In this document: piece by piece, positions 26,239 through 36,918 of the stretch
How the letters are laid out: each line of letters starts with the position of its first letter
Numbering within the stretch: position 1 is the first letter of the stretch
NCBI RefSeq assembly: GCF_027921745.1
Contig: NC_079239.1
Span: 1,860,001-1,924,000, forward strand
DNA length: 64,000 bases
Reading direction: 5' to 3'
Source: Schizosaccharomyces osmophilus
Taxonomy: Eukaryota
The notes under the pieces: model-generated
Seen by the model: only the letters and a program-made list of their open reading frames with translations
What the model was told of the DNA's origin: nothing
Database searches by the model: none
Translations under genes and position numbers: made by a program

Positions 26239-26289
26239 GTTTGTATGTAGTACGAAAACAAACAAGTGCCAAATTCCACCTTGCCGACA

Positions 26290-27231
26290 ATGGTTGCCTC
26301 CTCGACCGTCCCTTCTGTAGCCTCTATTTTTGTACCTGAGTCTCTTCGTAAGAAGACTAAGACTCAGGAGCAAGCTCGTGAACAGCGCGTTGCTGCTGCT
26401 GCTGAGAAGAAATCCGTAAGTATACGCAAATATAGTTAGAATAGATGCTTGGAAGCTTTGTCATATGTGATAAAAAATGATATGTTGCGCCATTTGAGCA
26501 GTGCGACATGTTTCATCATTAGTTGTCTCTTTCATAAGTTTAGCGGTCCATGACATCGCTGTATAATATTCATCATTGCGGATTCAGTATGCTGACCATA
26601 ATAGGCTGCTCAAAAGAAGCGTGAACTTATTGCTAAGCGTGCTGAAGCTTATGAAACTGAATATCGTGCTGCTGAGCGTGAGCAAATAGATCTCGCTCGT
26701 AAGGCTCGTGCCGAGGGCAACTTCTATGTTGCTGAAGAGCCTAAATTGATCTTCGTTGTCCGTATCCGTGGTATCAACAACATTCCCCCCAAGGCCCGTA
26801 AGATTATGCAGCTCTTGCGTCTCTTGCAAATCAACAATGGTGTTTTCGTAAAGTTTAACAAGGCTACCAAGGAAATGCTCCAAGTTGTTGAACCTTATGT
26901 CACTTATGGTGTTCCCAACCGTAAAGCTGTCCGTGACTTGATCTACAAGCGCGGATTCGGAAAGATCAATAAGCAACGTATTTCTCTTGCCGACAACTCC
27001 ATGATTGAAGCCAACTTGGGCAAGTACTCAATCTTGTCTGTTGAAGACTTGATTCATGAAATTTACACTGTTGGTCCCAACTTCAAGCAAGCTGCCAACT
27101 TCATCTGGCCTTTCAAGCTCTCCTCTCCTTTGGGTGGTTTCAGAGAACGCAAGTTCACCCACTTCATTGAGGGCGGTGATGCTGGTAAACGTGATGAACA
27201 CATTAACGGCTTATTGAAGCAAATGGTTTAA
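26290..27231 (+). CDS. rpl7: 60S ribosomal protein L7 (uL30); intron 26416-26604
   Basis: Exon 1 [36 protein letters not shown] intron; core FVVRIRGIN and [12 protein letters not shown]. Confidence 0.96.
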
Positions 27232-27863
27232 AATATTGGTTTTTAAGTTGTTAATGGGCACTGCTTCTATAGGGTTATTAAAAGACTGTAATTTATAATA
27301 AAAAAGGAATAACCGCTTGGTTAAAGTGGTCAGTAGTTTGTTCAATTATAGTGTGGTTTTGTTTCAATAATTACTTCATTTAGATATATTGTCTGAGCTA
27401 TTGTCAACTGTCGTGAAACGAAGTAATTGCCGTTCGAGGTTTTAGAATCAGTTAGATGCTACCGTTCAAGAAAAAGTAATCGGCAGTATTTATTACTACA
27501 ACCACCAGTTTCATAGAAGTCTGTAAGGAAACCATCTCGAACTAAATGTGTCAATCAAACACTCCATGACGAGAATTATTAGACATAAAGATATTGGCAA
27601 ATAGTCTCTACTAGATTTATCTGAAATCCTACGAAAATTGGACTTAAGAAGGGGTATAAGTTCCCCCAGGGCTATTTCCGCAGTACTGAATACTTCAAAT
27701 CAGTGACGATGTTTCACTAGTATTTCTCAGCTAGGAAAAAATTTTGGCAAGCAAGTAACATGTCACGCATTGGGTTACATGTTTGGAAACGAAGTGACAT
27801 TAAAAACCTGCTGTAAATAATGATGCATTTGTTTAAATCGGTTTTCATTTGTAAATTACAGTA

Positions 27864-27892
27864 ATTTTTTTTTTTTTTTTTTTTTTTTTTTT
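27864..27892. repeat. Poly(dT) tract (~28 nt)
   Basis: Homopolymer run seen directly. Confidence 0.85.
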
Positions 27893-28320
27893 GTTCTTTG
27901 TACAACAAGTCAAAGAGACAGCAAAAGAACCAAAAAAAAAAGCAGGTCATTTTCGTCAACTGAGAACAAGTAGTTCGAAATTGGAGCCTTTAACTTTGCA
28001 ACTATATACAAATCAACAATTTTCAGCGTTTAAATTGTTTCTTGTTTAACATGATATGAATCCATAGATGAGTTTTTTGATGAAAAAACCCTTCCGCATA
28101 GGGAGCTCTACTAACGGCTCCTCCGTTATCTAACATCATGGAATGAACATCAGAGATGCTCCTTCATTATCTTGTTTGCTTCACCATCTATAAATACTAA
28201 CATAGTTTACACTGTAAACATATCATTTGGAAACTGTTTGGTTAATTCTCCAATAATTTCTTGTTGCTGTCATCTTTTTGTTAATCTTTTAATTGCCGTT
28301 TTGGTTGAATAATATTCCAA

Positions 28321-31300
28321 ATGAGTTTAAAAATTCATATTGACCGCGGTGGCACGTTCACGGATGTAATTGCGACTGTAACAGACGATTCGCGGGAACC
28401 AATTGTTACTAAATTACTCTCTGAAGACCCCAATAATTATAATGATGCTTCCATCGAAGCTGTGAGACGTGTTTTGGAAATTTATCACGGTAAACGTATT
28501 CCTAGGAATGAAAAGTTAGACACTAGTTGCATTAGTCACCTTCGCTGTGGTACTACGGTTGCTACGAATGCTTTGCTGGAACGTAAAGGAGAACGATGTG
28601 CCTTCATCACTACTAAAGGTTTTAAGGATGGTCTTGTTATTGGTAATCAGTCTCGCCCCAATATTTTTGATTTGGCTATTCGTAGACCGGAGGTCTTATA
28701 TTCAAAGGTTGTTGAAATTGATGAACGAGTTACTTTAGAAGATTTCGTGGAAGACCCGACTGGCTACAAAACAAAAGTCGATGGTACAGATCCAACTCTG
28801 GTGCTTGGCCGGTCTGGAGAAGCCGTCCGTATTTTGAAGAAGCTTGATGAAGACTCAGTAAGGAAAGATTTGCAGAAATTAAGAGACGAAGGGTTCACCA
28901 GCATTGCCGTTTGTTTGGCACATAGTTTCACTTATCCCGACCATGAGATTACTGTAGGCAAACTAGCGAAAGAATATGGTTTTTCTAATATAAGCTTGTC
29001 TGGAGAACTCATGCCTATGATTAAATATGTTCCTCGAGCTACGTCTGCAACTGCAGATGCATACCTGTCACCAGTAGTCCGTCGTTACTTATCGGGGTTT
29101 CAATCAGGTTTCTTGCACGGGCTTAAAACTCAGAACCACCAAAAAGGTGTTCGTTGTGAGTTTATGCAAAGCGATGGTGGTCTCGCCGATGTAAACAAAT
29201 TTTCCGGTCTTCGAGCTATATTATCCGGCCCCGCTGGCGGTGTCGTCGGATTTGCTCTTACTTCATATGATGAGGACACAACCATCCCAGTCATCGGATT
29301 TGATATGGGTGGTACTTCTACTGATGTATCTCGTTACGGTGGTGCATATGAACATGTCTTTGAAACCACTACGGCCGGCGTTACTATTCAATCTCCTCAA
29401 TTAGATATTAACACAGTTGCTGCCGGTGGTGGCTCTAGATTGTTTTGGAAAAACGGATTATTTGTAGTCGGTCCAGAGAGTGCTGGCGCACATCCTGGTC
29501 CTGTTTGCTATAGAAAGGGTGGCTATCTGACTGTAACAGACGCTAACTTACTTTTAGGAAGGCTCCTTCCAGAATACTTCCCCAAAATTTTTGGTCCTAC
29601 TGAAGATCAACCTCTTGATGTCGAGGCTACTCGTACAAAATTTGAAGAATTAACTGAAGAAATTAATTCTAACATCTCAGAATCTCAAAGAATGAGCGCT
29701 GATGAAGTTGCCTATGGATTTATCAAAATTGCAAACGAAACGATGGCTCGTCCTATCCGTGCACTAACTGAAGCCAAAGGACATGATATTTCAATTCACC
29801 GCTTGACATCCTTTGGCGGCGCTGGTGGCCAGCATTGTGTTGCTATTGCTCAGTCCTTAGGTATTTCTCAAGTCCTTGTACATAAATACAGTTCCATTCT
29901 CTCAGCATATGGAATGGCTTTGGCTGACGTTGTCTCTGAGGCTCAAGAACCAGCTTCCTTTTCTCTGACTTCTCTCATAATTCCGGAAATTCAGGAGCGT
30001 TTTGGACGAATTATGGAAAGCGCACAGAAAAGTCTGAATGAGCAAGGATTTTCTAATGAGCATATCTCCTATGAACTCTTCTTGAATCTTCGTTACCAAG
30101 GAACAGATAGTCCATTAATGATAAGCAAGCCTACTGAATCTTGGGATTTTAAACAAGCTTTTCTAGAAAGACACCAGCAAGAGTTTGGATTTCTATTTGA
30201 TAAAGATATCATCATTGATGATATTCGTGTTCGAGCTTCTGGTAAAAGCTTTGAGCATAAGGAACCCAGTGTTGATGCTCAACTAAAAGATATGAAATTC
30301 ACCAAAGTTACAGGATCCGTGTCATCTGGTACTAAAAAGGTGTTCTTTGATGGAAAGCGTATGGATTGCCCTATCTTCTTACTGGGAAACTTGCCAAGTG
30401 GTGTCAAAACTGCAGGACCATCGATTATCGTAGACAAGACGCAGACTATTGTGATTCCTCCAGGATCCCTTGCTCGCATCCTTAATTCTCATGTAGTAAT
30501 AGATATTGTATCGAAAGGATCTGTTTCTGATGATTCACTCGCTAAGACGGAAGCCATCGACCCTGTTTATCTTTCCGTATTAGGTTCCCGCTTCATGGCT
30601 GTCGCTGAACAAATGGGTCGTGCTCTTCAAAAGACGAGTGTTTCGACAAACGTGAAAGAAAGACTTGACTACTCTTGTGCTTTGTTTGATGCTAACGGAG
30701 ATTTAGTTGCAAATGCACCACATATGCCAGTCCATTTGGGATCCATGTCCACTTGTGTCCGTAAGCAAGCAATGGTAAACAAAGGATTATTAAATCCTGG
30801 TGATGTCTTGGTCACTAATCATCCCAGCTTTGGTGGCACTCATTTACCAGATATTACTACTATAACCCCTTATTTTGAGGATGGAGAAATTATTTTCTAT
30901 GTTGCTTCTCGGGCTCATCATGCCGACATTGGTGGTATTTTGCCTGGTAGTATGCCTTCTACAAGTAAGGAACTTTCAGAAGAAGGCGCTAGTATTAAGA
31001 GCGAAAAATTGGTTATCAATGGCATTTTCCAAGAAGAAAAAATGATTGAATTGCTTTACCATGAGCCTGGAAAGGTGGAAGGTGGATCTGGTACACGTTG
31101 CCTACGCGATAATTTGAATGATTTGAAAGCCCAAGTAGCTTCGAATCAGAAAGGAATTAATCTCATCACCAATCTAATTAAAGAGTATGGTAAAAATTCT
31201 GTCTTACGTTACATGAAGGCCATTCAAAATAATGCCGAAAGTTCTGTACGTAAGCTTTTAATTGGCGTACGGAAAACATTCGGACAGGACCTTCATGCTG

Positions 31301-32271
31301 AAGACTTTATGGATGATGGTTCTCGAATTTCTTTACGGATTACGATAGACGGTAAAACAGGAGATGCTACCTTCGATTTTGATGGCACAACTGAAGAGGT
31401 TTACGGAAATACAAATGCTCCTGAGGCAGTTACTTATAGTGCTATCATATATTGTTTACGAGTATTAGTATCTGAAAATATTCCCTTGAACCAAGGTTGC
31501 TTGTTACCTATTAAGGTACGAATTCCTGACGATTGTTTCCTTAAGCCTTCTGAAACGGCAGCCGTTGTCGGTGGTAATGTCCTTACCTCTCAACGGATTA
31601 CAGATACAATATTGAAGGCTTTCCAGGCTTGTGCCGCTAGCCAAGGAGATACAAATAACTTGACATTCGGCATGGGCGGTAGAAATCATGAGACTGGAGA
31701 AATTACTCCAGGATTTGGATACTATGAAACTATTTGTGGTGGCTCTGGTGCATGTGACGGAATGGATGGTACTTCCGGTGTTCACACCCATATGACCAAT
31801 ACTAGAATTACTGATCTGGAAGTCTTTGAGCGCAGGTATCCTGTTATCCTTAAAAACTTTAACATCCGCAAAAATTCTGGAGGTGCAGGAAAATACAGAG
31901 GAGGTGACGGTGTCATTCGCGATATTGAGTTCCGCATTCCAGTTACATTGTCAATCTTGTCTGAGCGACGCGCATATCATCCTTATGGTATGAAAGGAGG
32001 TGAAGATGCGAAATGCGGAAAGAATATATGGGTCAAATGTTCGACGGATGAAGAAGGAAATTACAAAGTACGAAGAATCAACTTGGGCGGAAGGAACACG
32101 TGCCACATAGCCGCTGGAGATCACATTGAAATCCATACACCTGGCGGTGGAGGATATGGCCCAGCGAGAGACAGGATTGAAAATACGGAACTGGCAAAAG
32201 TTGTGGATACTTCTGCTTTTCGGGCGAACGGAAGTCTATCTCAGCGACACTATATACAGCACACGAATTAA
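28321..32271 (+). CDS. ATP-dependent 5-oxoprolinase (hydantoinase A+B fusion, OPLAH/Oxp1 type)
   Basis: IDRGGTFTD, GTTVATNALLERKG, FDMGGTSTD, NVKERLDYSCA and HMTNTRITD; 1316 aa, intronless. Confidence 0.95.
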   Translation: MSLKIHIDRGGTFTDVIATVTDDSREPIVTKLLSEDPNNYNDASIEAVRRVLEIYHGKRIPRNEKLDTSCISHLRCGTTVATNALLERKGERCAFITTKGFKDGLVIGNQSRPNIFDLAIRRPEVLYSKVVEIDERVTLEDFVEDPTGYKTKVDGTDPTLVLGRSGEAVRILKKLDEDSVRKDLQKLRDEGFTSIAVCLAHSFTYPDHEITVGKLAKEYGFSNISLSGELMPMIKYVPRATSATADAYLSPVVRRYLSGFQSGFLHGLKTQNHQKGVRCEFMQSDGGLADVNKFSGLRAILSGPAGGVVGFALTSYDEDTTIPVIGFDMGGTSTDVSRYGGAYEHVFETTTAGVTIQSPQLDINTVAAGGGSRLFWKNGLFVVGPESAGAHPGPVCYRKGGYLTVTDANLLLGRLLPEYFPKIFGPTEDQPLDVEATRTKFEELTEEINSNISESQRMSADEVAYGFIKIANETMARPIRALTEAKGHDISIHRLTSFGGAGGQHCVAIAQSLGISQVLVHKYSSILSAYGMALADVVSEAQEPASFSLTSLIIPEIQERFGRIMESAQKSLNEQGFSNEHISYELFLNLRYQGTDSPLMISKPTESWDFKQAFLERHQQEFGFLFDKDIIIDDIRVRASGKSFEHKEPSVDAQLKDMKFTKVTGSVSSGTKKVFFDGKRMDCPIFLLGNLPSGVKTAGPSIIVDKTQTIVIPPGSLARILNSHVVIDIVSKGSVSDDSLAKTEAIDPVYLSVLGSRFMAVAEQMGRALQKTSVSTNVKERLDYSCALFDANGDLVANAPHMPVHLGSMSTCVRKQAMVNKGLLNPGDVLVTNHPSFGGTHLPDITTITPYFEDGEIIFYVASRAHHADIGGILPGSMPSTSKELSEEGASIKSEKLVINGIFQEEKMIELLYHEPGKVEGGSGTRCLRDNLNDLKAQVASNQKGINLITNLIKEYGKNSVLRYMKAIQNNAESSVRKLLIGVRKTFGQDLHAEDFMDDGSRISLRITIDGKTGDATFDFDGTTEEVYGNTNAPEAVTYSAIIYCLRVLVSENIPLNQGCLLPIKVRIPDDCFLKPSETAAVVGGNVLTSQRITDTILKAFQACAASQGDTNNLTFGMGGRNHETGEITPGFGYYETICGGSGACDGMDGTSGVHTHMTNTRITDLEVFERRYPVILKNFNIRKNSGGAGKYRGGDGVIRDIEFRIPVTLSILSERRAYHPYGMKGGEDAKCGKNIWVKCSTDEEGNYKVRRINLGGRNTCHIAAGDHIEIHTPGGGGYGPARDRIENTELAKVVDTSAFRANGSLSQRHYIQHTN

Positions 32272-32719
32272 CTTAGCTTTTCCTAGAAAAGCTGATTTAA
32301 ATAGCAAGAAAAGAAGAATAGAAGATTTTGCTCTGTTCATGCACTCATAAACTGAATTGGACGGTTACAAGAGTTAGCATAAATCACGATTATCATATGT
32401 ATACGAGAAAATGAAATGTATGAGATTATAACAAACAATTTATATAAACCTAGTTTTTACAGGTAGAAAGGGCAGAAAAGGCTCGAACTATCATTAGAGA
32501 ACATGTAAAACAAAACACAAAAGAGGGCATCAAAGCAAAATTAGGTATGTGAAATAAGCGATTCATGAACAAAGCATTGATTGGTAAAGGGAGTAAACAT
32601 AAAACAAAAACAACAAGAGAACGAACGACATGACAACGTAATAGAAAACAAGATGTTGAAGCAGTAGTCGAGAAAAAGGACCGAAAGAATAGAGGACTAT
32701 CAACAGATGGGGAACAGGT

Positions 32720-33472
32720 TCAAGGAGTGGGGAAAAAGGAGCCTAAATCTTCGTTTTGCAGAAAAGCTGAAGAGGGATAGACGGACTCGCTAGGAAAGGT
32801 CAGGTCATTGTCGTTGAGAAAGAAAAGGTGATGATCTTTGTCATTTGAATTGAAAGGGACATTGCAGACCTCATTTTTGTAGAAATACCCGCTATTCTCA
32901 TCGTGAAAAGACTCGGGAGGATGAGGATTCGACAAATGCGTAGGGAAAAACGAAGTATGTGCCTGTAAGGAGGGATTCATGAAACCAAAGTCCGACGATG
33001 AGTCTTGAAAAGAGGAAGAAAACGAAAGAGGGTGGGAGACGAAGGGACCAGGTTTGGACTGGGTTTCTGTGAAAGATGAAGGGGACCGAATGTCGAGGTT
33101 ATTTGGGGTACATGAAGAAGAAGAAGAAGAAGAAGAAGGTGGAGGGGTGGATATAGATCGACTGGTAGCAAAAGAGTCTGTTATTGGAGAATTGAAGGAT
33201 TGGTAGGAGGCATTTTGGGGAAATGAAGAGCACCCATACGATAGAGCCATATGTGGGAGAGCGGAATGATAGCTTTTAAATTTTTCTTGGTAGTGCTGAA
33301 TGTACATTTGTAGTGTGATTGACTTGATTTGGGCGAATCGATCAAAACTGAAAGCTAAAACATACAGTTGTGATGCAGGGATTTGTTTACAGCGTTGATG
33401 CAGAACATTGACCAAATGCTCCATGAGCTCTTGACGGAGATCATGGTCAATGGGAAAGGAAGGTTGAGACAT
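32720..33472 (-). CDS. Orphan-like protein: ~65-aa helical N-domain (KIX-like) plus Ser/Pro/Phe/Asp-rich disordered tail
   Basis: 250-aa ORF from ATG 33472; poly-Ser from a (GAA)n tract; occupies the position of a Schizosaccharomyces-specific gene in recalled S. pombe order. Confidence 0.7.
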   Translation of the reverse strand: MSQPSFPIDHDLRQELMEHLVNVLHQRCKQIPASQLYVLAFSFDRFAQIKSITLQMYIQHYQEKFKSYHSALPHMALSYGCSSFPQNASYQSFNSPITDSFATSRSISTPPPSSSSSSSSCTPNNLDIRSPSSFTETQSKPGPFVSHPLSFSSSFQDSSSDFGFMNPSLQAHTSFFPTHLSNPHPPESFHDENSGYFYKNEVCNVPFNSNDKDHHLFFLNDNDLTFPSESVYPSSAFLQNEDLGSFFPTP

Positions 33473-34787
33473 AAGAACAAAATCAAAGAAGGGAAGACGT
33501 TTTGAAAAAGTCCTATGGTTAGGCGTTGGAATAAGACAAACGAAGAGACCGTACAATTCGCACTGTCTTCAATTCCAAGGGGTCAAGCCGTAGTAAAGAT
33601 TGCAGTTTCCAATAAAAAGTGCGTTTCACTTCCAAATCGAGAGGGACTTTTGTTTTCTTTCCATCATCATCATCATTATCATTAGCGTCGTCGTCATGAA
33701 CGTTCTAGGAACCCAACGACTTTTCGGGCAGACAGATAGACTGTCGAACAAGAGATCAAAACATTTACCATGATGTTTTTTTTTTTAGATAAGATTGGAT
33801 CTTTTGGTGGTTGGAAAACCATCCATCGCAACAAGAACACCGAAAAGAAGATTCATTCATAGAGAAAACAAAACAAAAAAACACTGATCGGCATCTTTGG
33901 CATTTCGCTATTGAATCTTCTTCCTCAAAATTTCGATACCCTGTAGAGCTAACTACTCCTATTCCTTTCCTACAAGGATCCTCAGCCTAGCCAGCTCCGC
34001 GATAATGGATACCTCGTTTGGATGAGATTGATATGGATGTGGATGACTATTGCTCGTTATACAAATGATAAAGCAGTATTTAATATACATGGCCATAGCG
34101 AGGTATCATATTTTGTAGGAACCAAACCAACATAAACAAAAGAAGCTGTCAAAGGAGCGAAACTATAGATTAGTTGGGCCCTGGTTTTTGACCCAAGTTT
34201 GGATATGTATCTATTTGAAAGTCGCCCATGAAATTTGAATCAACAGAATCCGTAGCGAGATCTTTTCCTTGTTTTGACTTGATCTACCGTTCATGACAAT
34301 AGTGGTTTAACATCTTATCTTTCTCGTTATTACCTACTACTGATTGCTTTCCCATCCACGGTTTGGTCTTGCTTATCGAGCTTTGTAGTATCAAAACAAT
34401 GATGTGTATCAAAGATCGCACAAACATAATTATCCAGCTGTTACGAATCAAAAGATGAGCTTGACTTAGCTTAGCAATTGGCTTATCTTGATGTTCTTTC
34501 TGTGTAAAACCAACAAAATTAAGAATCGTCCAACTATTTTCTCCTGAATGCTCCTACTTACTTTTATGTAAATCAAACAACATCTGTTGATCCTTGTACA
34601 AACACGGTACTGCCATTTCGATGTTTGTCGTATATGTCTGGATCCTTTGCTTATTTCCTTCTTTCTAGGTTTCCAGTTGGATTGCGCTGAACCAATCGCT
34701 TCTTTTTTTCCTTTTTGGCTGTTTGTCTCTGTCATTTTTATTTATTCACTCTTCCTCTCCTTCATATCTAACTTACGGCCTTGTAGC

Positions 34788-36560
34788 ATGCCTTCTTCTT
34801 CTTCCACTCAGTATGCCGATTTTAATGATGGGGCAGGTATCAAGCGAAAGAGCAGCCAAGACTTAGACGGTTTACATAAACGGCCATTCATTTGCGATAC
34901 TTGTGGAAAGCGTTTTACTCGCCTTGAAAATCTCACTCGACATAAACTTTCTCATGATGATACAAAAAATATCTACTGTAAATATTGCCATCAAGCTTGC
35001 AAAAGAACAGATCTTCTCAAGCGACACATACAGCGGCACCATTCCGATGTTCTTCCAAATTCTGCTCCTCAACCTGCGCATGAAGCGCTTCCCACCAAAA
35101 CCACTGAGCAGGATCCCGAAAACCTGGAGATTGTCCTCCCTTCATTTGATGCCGTTGATCTTCCAAAAACGTATCATCCTACCCTACGCCCCTATTTCAC
35201 GGTTCTTCCCTTCATCCCTTCAGACTTTCTTGTTCATTATATCGAAAGTTATTTCGAATGGTTTCATCCCATTTTCCCCATGTTACACCAACCCTCTTTT
35301 CACATCGAAGGTGCTGCAGCCTCTTTTATTCGTTCCATTAGCCTAATCGGGTGTTATTCCACCGGCATTGAAAGTGACGCTACCTTGGGCCTTTTGTTTT
35401 GGGACAGCGGCTTTCACTTGCTACAGATTTACCTCCAAAACGACGCTCAAAAAAATACAAATCTTTGGGTTATCCAAACTCGCTTCTTGCTTTGCATCTC
35501 CTCTCTCTTTGAAAAAACTTCCTCGTTTACTAGCATTGGTCAAGCTTTACTTCGTGACCTGGTTCACGATGTTCGAGTACAAGGCTGGACAGCCCTTCCT
35601 CCTATTCCAAAAGATTCTTCTTCCTCTATTTTTATAGAATACGAATCTAAAAAACGTACTGTCTATTGTATATATACCTTAGAGTATCTTTTGGCTGCCT
35701 TCTTCAATCGGAACCCTTCCCTCTCATTCCAAGAACTTCGAATGCCTCTTCCTGTTGATGAACTTTTTTGGGACTCTACTAGTTCCCTAGAAGAAGAACA
35801 GTGGACGCAGACTCCACCTTCCTTCCACAATTGCTTAAGGAAGCTCTCCCATGGACCCATTGTTTTCAAGGAAACAAGAATTACAGGCCCAGCTCTTCTT
35901 TGTGCCGTATACGAACTGATCCATAACGATGCTAAAAAGGAATGTGTTTTTGAAGCTTCGAAATCTTCCAAACAGGTTTATGAGGTTATGCTTCAACACT
36001 TACGCATGAGTATGGAATGCTCAACTAAGAACAAAAAGGTTTTGCTTCTATTTATGAGTTTATGGAATCTTATTCGAACCTATTTACATCTTCATGATCC
36101 TTTGCTGATTCTGTCAAAGTCCTTTTACGATTTAAAAAGTACAGTTCACTTTTTTCAGAATTCCTTGAAAGATGACAGTGCTCATTTTTTTCCTTTTCCC
36201 GATTTTTACAGCATAAGTCTGGCATTAGAAGGAATTCTTTGGACATTTGATCATGGATTAGTTGTCTTGCAAAATTCCAACTTTGATATACCAATCGTTC
36301 ATTTTGCTATCTTTCGATTGCTTCTTCAAGGCCTATATCTCTTTAAAGATTGTCAATCCGAAACACTCTCTAGTCATACAAATACAGCCTTCTTGCGAAA
36401 ACAATTAGCATTTTGCTTTAGCGGTCGGCAAATGCCTATGAGAACTTTGGAAACATTTGATGATATTATGAACCTGACTTCAGTTCTTGTGAAGATAATA
36501 AATGTTGAAGGAGGGTGGGGAGCAGGTGCTTTACTATCAAAAACTTTTCCTGTGTCGTAA
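34788..36560 (+). CDS. Two-finger C2H2 zinc-finger transcription factor with fungal TF middle-homology region
   Basis: CDTCGKRFTRLENLTRHKLSH and CKYCHQACKRTDLLKRHIQRHH; YFEWFHPIFPMLHQPSF, ESKKRT and LPVDELFW motifs of Fungal_trans. First ATG at 34788. Confidence 0.9.
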   Translation: MPSSSSTQYADFNDGAGIKRKSSQDLDGLHKRPFICDTCGKRFTRLENLTRHKLSHDDTKNIYCKYCHQACKRTDLLKRHIQRHHSDVLPNSAPQPAHEALPTKTTEQDPENLEIVLPSFDAVDLPKTYHPTLRPYFTVLPFIPSDFLVHYIESYFEWFHPIFPMLHQPSFHIEGAAASFIRSISLIGCYSTGIESDATLGLLFWDSGFHLLQIYLQNDAQKNTNLWVIQTRFLLCISSLFEKTSSFTSIGQALLRDLVHDVRVQGWTALPPIPKDSSSSIFIEYESKKRTVYCIYTLEYLLAAFFNRNPSLSFQELRMPLPVDELFWDSTSSLEEEQWTQTPPSFHNCLRKLSHGPIVFKETRITGPALLCAVYELIHNDAKKECVFEASKSSKQVYEVMLQHLRMSMECSTKNKKVLLLFMSLWNLIRTYLHLHDPLLILSKSFYDLKSTVHFFQNSLKDDSAHFFPFPDFYSISLALEGILWTFDHGLVVLQNSNFDIPIVHFAIFRLLLQGLYLFKDCQSETLSSHTNTAFLRKQLAFCFSGRQMPMRTLETFDDIMNLTSVLVKIINVEGGWGAGALLSKTFPVS

Positions 36561-36918
36561 AGATCTGTTTTGTCTTTTTAATCCTTGTATACTACTTGTT
36601 TTATTTGTCTTTGCTTTAACTCCTTTTTTTTTTTTTTTTTTTTCTTCTCGATTAATATGACAACATTGTAATTGTTTTTGAAATGACTGATTTCTACTTG
36701 CATGATTAGACGTAGTTCAATAAATTCTGGGAAAACTAATATACGCGAAAGTAAATCTGTATTCATTATTAGACGACATTGGGATAGGAATAATTTATTG
36801 TACAAAGGGAAAAGGGCAAAGAATGAATTCTAATGTCCTGACAAAGAAATTAAGTGAAGGAGAAAGAAACAATCCGTAACAAGAAAAAGGGATTCACGGA
36901 AAAATACTCAGCAATAGT

